Virus record (IMG/VR): IMGVR_UViG_3300033067_000589
Location: 22,058-86,057 of that record
Direction: 5' to 3' (one strand)
DNA: 64,000 nucleotides
Source of the DNA: a virus
Lineage: Duplodnaviria > Caudoviricetes
Shown: positions 11,315-19,609 of the stretch, in pieces
Numbering within the stretch: the stretch's first letter is position 1
Layout: the number at the start of each line of letters is the position of its first letter
Made by a program: the position numbers and the translations under genes
The notes under the pieces: model-generated
What the model saw: only the letters and a program-made list of their open reading frames with translations
Told to the model about the DNA's origin: nothing
The model's database searches: none

Positions 11315-11920
11315 ATGGCGTTCAAAACTCTAATCAAGAAAAGAAAAACATCCGGCACATCAAGTATATCAAAATCTAAGTTTGCAAAGTTAGATAAAAG
11401 AACACGAGCGCACGATATTCAAACAGAATACAGTTCATCAGACGTTGAAAATATTTCAATTACAGCAAGATATGAAGATGGTATTTTAGAGTTTACTACA
11501 AGAGGGAGATGGATTTCATTAAACTTCATTATGACCAAATCACATTGGGCTAAAGATTCTGGAATTAAGGAGATAACCAAGAAAAAGGTAAGAGAGGCAG
11601 TAAAAGGATTGAATGTAAAACTATCAGACTTTGTAATTATACTAAGATACAACTCAAGATTGGATGACCATAATACTGTAATGATGCCAAAGTATTTTAC
11701 AGACTCAATTAAGCACAACTGGCTAAAGAATAATAACGGAAGAATATTGGTAGATGCACAAGGAAAAAGAATAGTTGAATACGAAGGAATCATAACAGAA
11801 GATAATAAGAACTTTTCAAAGGGAACATTACTTATTCCAGATGCTACTTTACCACACGACACATATATAATGAAATACGTTCCATTTGATAAGATAAAAG
11901 ACGTATTGACTAAATTATGA
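11315..11920 (+). CDS. Putative RusA-like Holliday junction resolvase (divergent)
   Basis: RLDDHN...KYFTDSI...IITEDN resembles the RusA DxDN...K...D...DD pattern. Confidence 0.4.
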   Translation: MAFKTLIKKRKTSGTSSISKSKFAKLDKRTRAHDIQTEYSSSDVENISITARYEDGILEFTTRGRWISLNFIMTKSHWAKDSGIKEITKKKVREAVKGLNVKLSDFVIILRYNSRLDDHNTVMMPKYFTDSIKHNWLKNNNGRILVDAQGKRIVEYEGIITEDNKNFSKGTLLIPDATLPHDTYIMKYVPFDKIKDVLTKL

Positions 11921-12591
11921 AAGTATTTAAAAAGGGCGATCAAGTTATTGCAGGTAGATACAATAAAGATGTATGTTGTTTTATTCCTGATTACGTAAAG
12001 TATGTATTGAGGGAGAGATTGTCGAGCGACTACTATGGCATTATTACAACAGTAGGCATACGAGAGATTGTATTCAAGTTGAGTATGGATTACGAGAAAG
12101 ACGATGACAATAAAGTCTTGGTTTACGACAATAAGAAGAACTTTGAGATAGTTAATCAGTATGTCGAAATGCTCTATAAGCAAGATATTCGTATGCAGAC
12201 AGGTTTTGGTATGATGGCTAAGACAAAGGATTTCTTGGATGTGGCATACAAAATGATTGATGAGTACTTCGTAAAAGAGAACTTACCAGAGATATTGGAA
12301 GACGTAGAGATACATCATTCAAAGCCAGTATACAATATTAAAAGAGTAGTACCAATAGGAAGGTGGATGCACGATGGCATTATGATAGATGGAGCGAGAA
12401 GGTATTTACCGTTTAATACGGTATCCAATGTGGTAAAGGCTTGTGCCAATAGGATAAGAACACGAATGGAAGAAATTTATCCTTACGCTTATGAGTGGAA
12501 AAGTACCGGAGGTGATAAGAAAAAACGGTCTGAGTATATTAGATTTTGGCATTATGAATTACACACATTTGGTGGAAAAGAGGTTTCGTAA
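11917..12591 (+). CDS. Hypothetical protein (224 aa)
   Basis: ATGA-coupled to the previous gene; no recognised motif. Confidence 0.6.
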   Translation: MKVFKKGDQVIAGRYNKDVCCFIPDYVKYVLRERLSSDYYGIITTVGIREIVFKLSMDYEKDDDNKVLVYDNKKNFEIVNQYVEMLYKQDIRMQTGFGMMAKTKDFLDVAYKMIDEYFVKENLPEILEDVEIHHSKPVYNIKRVVPIGRWMHDGIMIDGARRYLPFNTVSNVVKACANRIRTRMEEIYPYAYEWKSTGGDKKKRSEYIRFWHYELHTFGGKEVS

Positions 12592-12645
12592 CTTATTGAT
12601 TATTAGGCTCGCTCATTTTAGGAAACCTGATAATCAATAAGTTAC
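12588..12645. repeat. 20-bp inverted repeat
   Basis: GTAACTTATTGATTATTAGG (12588-12607) and CCTGATAATCAATAAGTTAC (12626-12645), one mismatch. Confidence 0.9.
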
Positions 12646-12720
12646 AAACTATAAGAAATAAATTATTTTTTTTTACAACTTGTGAACTTTTTACGGACAA
12701 GTCTAGTTATACATACATAA

Positions 12721-12826
12721 CGGCTGGACACCGTAAAAAACAAAAAAGAAATTTAAGGGCATTTTGTTGAAAGCAACTGGGGTTTATTTGTTTCCCCTGT
12801 CCAAGTTGCTGAAACGAATTGCCCTT
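12721..12826 (+). ncRNA. Structured 5' leader of the antirepressor gene
   Basis: Nested stems AAGGGCA/TGCCCTT, GCAACT/AGTTGC and GGGG/CCCC; bulged TGTCCA is complementary to upstream TGGACA. Confidence 0.5.
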
Positions 12827-12848
12827 TTACATTTTATATATTTTACAA

Positions 12849-13583
12849 ATGGAAACATTGTCAATTGGTTTACCATCAAACGCAATCACATCTCTTCAAC
12901 TGCTAGAGCAAATTAATATCTTTAGGCTTGAAGATGGGAAGGGTGAATTGTTACACAAGAATCTTCTATCTATAATTCGAGACGAATTTGAAGAGGAGAT
13001 TAACGAGCTAAAAATTCAGCCCGTTACTTACAAGGATAAAAAAGGGGAAGAAAGGGTAATGTTTGAACTAACATTATCTCAAGCAAAGCAAGTCCTAACA
13101 AGAGAATCCAAGAGGGTTCGCAAGGCGGTGATTGCATATATTGAAAAGTTAGAAAAGGCATTTCCCAACTTTACTGACCCAGCCGAAGCTGCCGAAGCAT
13201 GGGCGAAGGAATACAGGGCAAAACAAAAGGCATTAGAAGAGAAAAAACAACTAGAACTAAAGGTACAAGAAGATGCTCCAAAGGTAGAGTTCTTTGATGA
13301 CCTAGTGGATAGAAAGCTAAATCTAAATTTCAGAACAACAGCAAAAGAGATTGGTGTCAAAGAATCTGTATTCATCCAGTATCTCTTAGATAAAAAATAT
13401 ATTTACAGAGGTAGTGGTAATAAGCTATTTCCCTATGCACAATACGTAGGAGAAGATAGCCTATTTGTTATTAAGGAACAAAAGACAGAAAAGTGGGCTG
13501 GCACACAAACACTAATTACACCAAAAGGTAGGGCTAGGTTCTTAATCCTACTTGGAGACAAAGGACAGCACCTTCTTAATTAA
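12849..13583 (+). CDS. Rha-like/antirepressor KilAC (ANT) domain protein
   Basis: N-terminal ITSLQL...HKNLLSIIR (Rha-like); C-terminal TTAKEIG...FIQYLLDKKYIY...PYAQY...QTLITPKG (KilAC); ATG at 12849 preferred over the track start. Confidence 0.8.
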   Translation: METLSIGLPSNAITSLQLLEQINIFRLEDGKGELLHKNLLSIIRDEFEEEINELKIQPVTYKDKKGEERVMFELTLSQAKQVLTRESKRVRKAVIAYIEKLEKAFPNFTDPAEAAEAWAKEYRAKQKALEEKKQLELKVQEDAPKVEFFDDLVDRKLNLNFRTTAKEIGVKESVFIQYLLDKKYIYRGSGNKLFPYAQYVGEDSLFVIKEQKTEKWAGTQTLITPKGRARFLILLGDKGQHLLN

Positions 13584-13587
13584 ATAA

Positions 13588-13614
13588 AAAATCCCACTCA
13601 TAAGGTGGGATTTT
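13588..13614. terminator. Bidirectional intrinsic terminator
   Basis: AAAATCCCAC/GTGGGATTTT stem with A and T tracts between convergent genes. Confidence 0.8.
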
Positions 13615-13617
13615 CTT

Positions 13618-15510
13618 TTACCTGCCAAATGAAAACATATTCTCACTTCTACCAAACCCGAAGTCTACATAAGCGGTTGGCACAAACTCATTATCAACTT
13701 CTTCATCTGTTCTTATTGTTCCAAGGTTCTTTGTTTTCTCAAGTGCCAATAATACCAAGTGGAAAGCTGATGTTATATCGTTGTTTACTTCTGACCTCCA
13801 ATAGTTAAATGAATCCATCAGGGCTGTATGTGATATTCTTAAATGCCTGTTTGCCTCAAAGTACTTAATACCAAGTACAGTCATGTCTGCTACGACTGAA
13901 TCTGAAAGCCTTACACCAATTTCTCCATTTACATAAAGTAAATTTTGCATAATACCCTTTTCTCTGGCGTATCCAATAAAACCTGCTGATTCATTATGCT
14001 CATACATCACCTTTGGGTCGTAGTATAAAATTGCCTTATAGAACTCTTGCCAATCAAGCATACGGTTTTTATAGCGACCAAGATAAAAAGCAACTGGCAA
14101 GTCTGATAATTCACTATACACTGATGGTCTTCTGTATATAACCATGGAGTTTAATGAATCTGAATAGGTTACTTTATCTTTATACACGTCATCTATCCCA
14201 GCTACAAAAGCATTTTCTACATCTTCCATATTATACCCAGCACCTTCTAGTACCTTCCAGAATCCGGTAGGATCTTCTTTGAAAATAACCCTACCTGTCA
14301 TCTTTCCTCTTACGTCTTTTTCTTCTACAAACTTTCCTGTAATCCAATGTGAATCTAAGTCATGTTCTAGTATATGTAGATAATGAGAGTCTATCTTTTC
14401 TTTGTCGTACTCTGTGTCATTGCTAGGAATAAATGATTCATAAACAGTAAGTGGGTTCTCTTGAATCTTCATTTTTAAATCCTCTGGCTTTAGGTCTGGA
14501 GAATTTCTTTCTTCTTTAATAACCTTTTCTGCCTCTTCCCTTAGTGATATACCTGTGTAGTAATCAATATAACCTTGATAGCAAATTGATGCCGGAGTAA
14601 ATATGGTTTTGAATTTATTACCTTTTGGTCTAAGAAAGTTATCTTTATAGTCTGTGGACTTGTTATTGATACTATCCGATGTACCTCCAACTAAAAGCAT
14701 ACCTACTTTATAATCCCCTTGCCTTAGTGTATCATTTGCTGAACCAATAAAAGGGGATAGGTGTGTGTGAATACCTGCCTCGACTACAACAATCAATCCT
14801 AGTGCATCTCCACGAACACCAGAACCTTTGGCATCTACAATAGTTAGGTTGATTGAATTTACGATAGAGAAATTTCGACCATCTATCCAGTAGCCTTGAG
14901 ATATGACTTCTGCATTATCTACAACTATATCGAGTTCTTTATCATCATCATCTCTTTTAAAGAATGGGTGGATATATTCATACATCTTTTTAAGTCTCCT
15001 TCTTTCTTTTTCGATGATTGGCTTATTGGGGTATGCTCTGAGTATATTTTGATTTTGATTAAATAAGAACCACCAGAGGGTTATCCCCCACTCGGAGGTA
15101 GACCATCCCTTACGACGACCTTTGGCCACAATGATATTATCAGCATCTTTAAATCCGTACTTTGTCATTCCAGACATTCCGTACCAAACTTTATCAAAAT
15201 ACACTTTATCTCCATCTCGATAATAAGGCGAGTAATACCCTTCTCTTCCTGTGAGTTCATCAAAGATACTTACCTTCATAAAATTTAAGAAAAAGTAATA
15301 GATAGGGTTGATAAAAACACCATCTGGGGCTATATACCCTTCTGTGCATCTTCTTAATTGTTCAACCCACCAATCCCTATCGCTCGCGAAAGAAGATGAT
15401 GTAGGATTTGGTAGGTCTGGTACTCTTTCTTGAAGAACTGGTCTGTATTTGACTTGTGCTGAATTAGGGTCTTTTAAAATCCTATCTTTATCTTTCCTTT
15501 TTAATTTCAT
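13618..15510 (-). CDS. terL: Terminase large subunit (630 aa)
   Basis: Walker A-like VAKGRRKGWS, Walker B-like LIVVVEAG, RNase H-like AGIDD and NDITSA; crAss-like length and organisation. Confidence 0.9.
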   Translation of the reverse strand: MKLKRKDKDRILKDPNSAQVKYRPVLQERVPDLPNPTSSSFASDRDWWVEQLRRCTEGYIAPDGVFINPIYYFFLNFMKVSIFDELTGREGYYSPYYRDGDKVYFDKVWYGMSGMTKYGFKDADNIIVAKGRRKGWSTSEWGITLWWFLFNQNQNILRAYPNKPIIEKERRRLKKMYEYIHPFFKRDDDDKELDIVVDNAEVISQGYWIDGRNFSIVNSINLTIVDAKGSGVRGDALGLIVVVEAGIHTHLSPFIGSANDTLRQGDYKVGMLLVGGTSDSINNKSTDYKDNFLRPKGNKFKTIFTPASICYQGYIDYYTGISLREEAEKVIKEERNSPDLKPEDLKMKIQENPLTVYESFIPSNDTEYDKEKIDSHYLHILEHDLDSHWITGKFVEEKDVRGKMTGRVIFKEDPTGFWKVLEGAGYNMEDVENAFVAGIDDVYKDKVTYSDSLNSMVIYRRPSVYSELSDLPVAFYLGRYKNRMLDWQEFYKAILYYDPKVMYEHNESAGFIGYAREKGIMQNLLYVNGEIGVRLSDSVVADMTVLGIKYFEANRHLRISHTALMDSFNYWRSEVNNDITSAFHLVLLALEKTKNLGTIRTDEEVDNEFVPTAYVDFGFGRSENMFSFGR

Positions 15511-15530
15511 CTCTACTCTTGTTATTATAT

Positions 15531-15538
15531 CAAAAATA
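15531..15538 (-). promoter_or_regulatory. -7 promoter box for terL
   Basis: The minus strand reads TATTTTTG(AT), 21 nt before the ATG. Confidence 0.5.
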
Positions 15539-15570
15539 GGTATTTTTACACAAAAAATTTGTAAAAAGCA

Positions 15571-16533
15571 ATGAACTTAGTTCCAAATTTTGAAATATCC
15601 GTACTAGCTGATTCATCGAAATTAATCTTTGAAGATACAACAAGTAGTTTTTCTATACAAAATCCCGGTGGTTATGGTTCTCCAAACGTAGCTATTACTG
15701 ATATTGCTGCCACTATTATAACTATTGGAACGCCAAATGGTAAGCAATTTTCATTAAGAACAAATTTTCTTCCAACTCAAGGTTCTTTTGAAATACCTGC
15801 ATATTGGCTTAATGAGGGCTTTGAAGTGCCAGTACCTCCTAATTTCATAAATAATGCGTGTGGAGACGTAATACCCGTATCACCTATTATTTCTTTTGAG
15901 GAATTTGATAGAGGTGTAAACATTCAAGATAGATGGAGATTGGGTCAAGAAGAACTCATGCAAAAAACATGGGTGGATAAATGCTACACATTCAGGTACG
16001 AACTATACATCAAAAATGCCATCGTTGATTATGCTGTAAAGGTAAAGGCGAAATCAACACAACAACTCTGGGTAATGATAAATAATAGCTGGGTAAATAA
16101 AACATCCCAAGCTGTCTATCAAAATGGTTACTATTACTACACCGTAATTGGCACTACCGATAAAATCACAAAATACGAGATACGCGATTTATTAAATATG
16201 ATTGCTTGTGGAGATGTATTTCCACAAAATGTTAGAGTCTCTCCAGTACCACAGAGTGATGATACATTGGTGCTTTGTGCGTTCACTCAATTACAAATTC
16301 CTCTATTTTCTAATGTAGATAAAAGACTATCTCAAATGGCATATCATCTAACGGCAGGTGGTAAATGGGGGAATAGTAACCATTGGTGTCATCATCCTAT
16401 TGACAATTTTTCATTAGCACTAGCTTTACTTGATACAGTAAAAAATGATACAAATTGTGGATGCGAGGTAATTAATTCTACGATTGATTCTGTAAATAAT
16501 ATCTTAGACGAAATTCAAGAAGAGTCATGCTAG
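15571..16533 (+). CDS. Putative structural protein (320 aa)
   Basis: First gene of the tail block; beta-rich. Confidence 0.5.
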   Translation: MNLVPNFEISVLADSSKLIFEDTTSSFSIQNPGGYGSPNVAITDIAATIITIGTPNGKQFSLRTNFLPTQGSFEIPAYWLNEGFEVPVPPNFINNACGDVIPVSPIISFEEFDRGVNIQDRWRLGQEELMQKTWVDKCYTFRYELYIKNAIVDYAVKVKAKSTQQLWVMINNSWVNKTSQAVYQNGYYYYTVIGTTDKITKYEIRDLLNMIACGDVFPQNVRVSPVPQSDDTLVLCAFTQLQIPLFSNVDKRLSQMAYHLTAGGKWGNSNHWCHHPIDNFSLALALLDTVKNDTNCGCEVINSTIDSVNNILDEIQEESC

Positions 16534-16733
16534 TAAATATCAAAAGAAACATTGCAAAGGCAAGGATGGATGCGTTAAAAAAATACGACAAATTAACGTA
16601 TCGTGGCGTTCAAGACTTTGAGCTTGAATTGAAGATAAAGAAAATGTATATTTTGGATAGATTTGTTACATCTTGGTCAGATGACCAAATTAAAAATACT
16701 GAAAGATATGTCAGGGAATTGCAATCCATGTAA
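16527..16733 (+). CDS. Hypothetical protein (68 aa)
   Basis: Overlaps both neighbours; plausible composition. Confidence 0.6.
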   Translation: MLVNIKRNIAKARMDALKKYDKLTYRGVQDFELELKIKKMYILDRFVTSWSDDQIKNTERYVRELQSM

Positions 16734-17127
16734 TGAAAATAATGGCTCTTGGGTTGAACCAGCACATCGAGTTTTTCCTGCTGTTGAGCCAAGTATCGAA
16801 AAAAGAACTTTAGTATCTACAAAAGTTAAAGTTGCTAAGACAATTAACGATGAGGTGTGTATTGATTGTTTGCAAGATGCAGATGTGGTTAATTGTCCAC
16901 AAGGTACAACTCAAAAGTTAGTTCCTACTGGTGTTTCTTATTGCGAAGAGATAAATGGAGAGAGAACTGGATTTTCGATTACTGAGTATATTGATACGAA
17001 TACTTGTTCTGCAACATTTGGTCAAAAATTTCCTATTAAGAATCAATCAATAAACTGCGTGGTTAAATTGCCGATAACTATAAATGTTGTAAATTTAACG
17101 TGCGGTAGTGGATTGATTCCAGTTTAA
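16708..17127 (+). CDS. Cys-rich hypothetical structural protein (139 aa)
   Basis: ATG at 16708 (MSGNCNPC); about 10 Cys. Confidence 0.55.
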   Translation: MSGNCNPCNENNGSWVEPAHRVFPAVEPSIEKRTLVSTKVKVAKTINDEVCIDCLQDADVVNCPQGTTQKLVPTGVSYCEEINGERTGFSITEYIDTNTCSATFGQKFPIKNQSINCVVKLPITINVVNLTCGSGLIPV

Positions 17128-17138
17128 AATAACAAGAG

Positions 17139-17474
17139 ATGCTAAAAGAAATATTGTCCTTGATAAACTTGTCAGCAAGAGAAATTCTCTTGACTCTAAG
17201 TATAACCTTAAATGCTGGTCTTGTGATAGCTTATCACGATAATTACAGCAAAAGAATTGAGGACATAAAGACATTAGAGAATCAAGTTAGAGCAAGGTAC
17301 GAAAAGTCAATAGAAGAAATTACGATGTCAAACTCTAAACAACTTATACGTTGTGCAGAAGAGAAAGAGGCAATACTTAGGTCTAGTTTAATTAAGATTG
17401 ACTCGATTGAAAGAAAGACAATCGACTTGTACAGGAAGTATGAACTTTTAAACAATAGCGTTAATAAGAGATGA
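17139..17474 (+). CDS. Single-TM coiled-coil protein (holin/spanin-like?)
   Basis: Hydrophobic ILLTLSITLNAGLVIAY followed by a coiled coil. Confidence 0.4.
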   Translation: MLKEILSLINLSAREILLTLSITLNAGLVIAYHDNYSKRIEDIKTLENQVRARYEKSIEEITMSNSKQLIRCAEEKEAILRSSLIKIDSIERKTIDLYRKYELLNNSVNKR

Positions 17475-17686
17475 GAAAAGTAGTCATTGTATCGGGTGTA
17501 TTATTGGTGGTGCTTGTTGCCTCCACATCGACTGGGAAAAAAGAACCAGAAGAATTAATACGGATAAAAACAAGCATAGAAAACACCGAAAAAACACTCA
17601 GTAAAATAGACTCATTATCTATAATTGTTGAAGAAAACATTGCACTAATTGAAAGAGATAGAGAACATACAGGAACTCAGGAATAG
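17471..17686 (+). CDS. Signal-anchored small coiled-coil protein
   Basis: MRKVVIVSGVLLVVLVAS N-terminus; ATGA coupling. Confidence 0.45.
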   Translation: MRKVVIVSGVLLVVLVASTSTGKKEPEELIRIKTSIENTEKTLSKIDSLSIIVEENIALIERDREHTGTQE

Positions 17687-18035
17687 AAAGGGCGGAAAAA
17701 GCCTAGCTATTGTAAAGCTACTTGGAAAACAGGTGGTAGGAGATGGCTATGCTGGTACTTTTTATTGGTGTTCAGAATGTACTCAAAGTGATGATGGCAT
17801 AAGTATAATTAAAAGCAATTTATCAGATACTGGTAGGTGGATTAGGGCATCTCAAAACGAATATCTATCTGACATTTTTATAACTAATAATCAAGATATA
17901 ACTCTTGAGCAAATATTCAACGCATTTAATGTAGAACTCAGGGATGTAAACGAAAAAAGGCTAGGTTTTATTATTGATCCACACGCCAATTCTCCTGAGA
18001 TAGAAATAACAATAACCAACCTAACTTGTATATGA
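17649..18035 (+). CDS. Tailspike N-terminal-like domain protein
   Basis: GDGYAGTFYW...DDGISII...GRWIR resembles the N-terminal module of tailspikes/depolymerases; TTG start. Confidence 0.5.
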   Translation: MKEIENIQELRNRKGGKSLAIVKLLGKQVVGDGYAGTFYWCSECTQSDDGISIIKSNLSDTGRWIRASQNEYLSDIFITNNQDITLEQIFNAFNVELRDVNEKRLGFIIDPHANSPEIEITITNLTCI

Positions 18036-18373
18036 AAGTAATAAATGTAGTTACTAGAGATAACTTAGGTAATACAATAAAGTTAGGTAGATTAACTTTA
18101 GGAAAGCTGGATGTAAATATAGATAATGAAACCATAGTTGTAAATGCAAATGGCGAACTATCTGTAAAAGAAAATCTAAATTACCTAATGTATCAGAGTG
18201 TAGGTGAGCAGCAAACTTGGATAATTGAACATAACTTTGGAGAAAAGCCAATGGTTCAAGTGTACAACTTAGACAACAAGCAAGTGTGGGTAAGCCCAAC
18301 ACATACAAATGAAAATGTAGTACAGATAACTTTCGATAAACCAAGAGCTGGATATGCTCTTATAATAATATAG
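18026..18373 (+). CDS. Small tail-associated beta protein
   Basis: WIIEHNFGEKPMVQVY motif, related to the C-terminus of the next gene. Confidence 0.5.
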   Translation: MYMKVINVVTRDNLGNTIKLGRLTLGKLDVNIDNETIVVNANGELSVKENLNYLMYQSVGEQQTWIIEHNFGEKPMVQVYNLDNKQVWVSPTHTNENVVQITFDKPRAGYALIII

Positions 18374-18375
18374 AT

Positions 18376-19608
18376 ATGCCAATACCAGTTTTAGATAACA
18401 TTGACTTATCCCAAAATCAAATAGTAAATGTCGTTGTACATAAAAACGGAGAATTTCCACTATCTCCAACCCCCATATCTGGTCAGATATTTTATAAGAC
18501 TGGAGCTAACGAAGGCTTCTATTATTATGATGGAACTACTTGGAGGGGTGTCGGAGATATTACATCAGTAAATGCTACAAATGGAGGTGGTCTTACTGGT
18601 GGTGCAAATGCAGGAGATGTAAATCTTGTAGTGAATACTGATAATACTACACTAGAAATAAACTCCGCCACTAATCAAGTAATAATTAAAGATGGTGGTG
18701 TATCTACTGTAAAGTTAGCAGATAATGCTGTTACTACTGTAAAGGTAAGTAACAACGCCATTACGCTTGCAAAAATACAACAAGTTCCAACAATGACCTT
18801 GGTTGGTAGGGTTACGGCAGGAACAGGAAATGTAGAGCAAGTTTCTATCATTACAGCAACCGATTTATCAGGGGCCAGTAATTCAAATTTAGCTACATCT
18901 CAAGCTGTAAAGACATACATAGATAATAGATTTTCTGGTATAGGTAGCCTTGTTGATGCTTATGTTCCAGCTACCAATTTTCCAACAAATCCACTAGGAA
19001 CAAAAAAGGGAGACTACTGGTATGTAACAGGGAGTGGAACGGTACAAGGTGTAGTTTTAAATAATGGTGATGTAATTATTGCAAATAAAGATGCAGCGTC
19101 TGTAACATCTTCTGCTGATTGGATATTTGTAGAATCGAACAGAGACCAAGCAACAACAACTGTATTGGGCGTAATTAGGCTTGCAACTCAAGCCGAGGTG
19201 AACGCAGGAACGGTGACTAATGCTGCCGTAGCTCCATCAACGCTTGTAGCGTACATTAATCAAAGGGTTGCTACTGAAACAATAACAGGTGTAGCTGAAA
19301 TTGCGACAACAGCCGAAGTTACGGCAGGTACAGATAATACAAGGATAGTAACTCCATTAAAGCTAAAACAATATGTAGATTCAAGTGTACTTGCAAATAA
19401 CGGAGTTGAGTTTCCGTCTGCATTAGCTAGTAGTGCCGTTATTACCCATAACTTAAATACACTAAATTTGAATGTAGACATTTATAGAGTTTCTGATGGT
19501 GCTCAAATTTTAACTGGCGTAACTCTTAATACAGTAAATCAAGTTACAGTAAATTTTGGGTCTCCTCAAGCTATAAATTCATTTAGAATTGTAATAGGAA
19601 GAAGATAA
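18376..19608 (+). CDS. Tail fibre protein (410 aa)
   Basis: ATQAEVNAGT and ATTAEVTAGTDNTRIVTPLKL fibre repeats; DGGVSTVKLADNAVTT repeats. Confidence 0.75.
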   Translation: MPIPVLDNIDLSQNQIVNVVVHKNGEFPLSPTPISGQIFYKTGANEGFYYYDGTTWRGVGDITSVNATNGGGLTGGANAGDVNLVVNTDNTTLEINSATNQVIIKDGGVSTVKLADNAVTTVKVSNNAITLAKIQQVPTMTLVGRVTAGTGNVEQVSIITATDLSGASNSNLATSQAVKTYIDNRFSGIGSLVDAYVPATNFPTNPLGTKKGDYWYVTGSGTVQGVVLNNGDVIIANKDAASVTSSADWIFVESNRDQATTTVLGVIRLATQAEVNAGTVTNAAVAPSTLVAYINQRVATETITGVAEIATTAEVTAGTDNTRIVTPLKLKQYVDSSVLANNGVEFPSALASSAVITHNLNTLNLNVDIYRVSDGAQILTGVTLNTVNQVTVNFGSPQAINSFRIVIGRR

Positions 19609-19609
19609 T

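Noticed and set aside
11419-12183. 254-aa minus-strand ORF
   Set aside because: Antisense shadow of two coupled plus-strand genes; I/L/F/S-rich composition typical of reverse frames.
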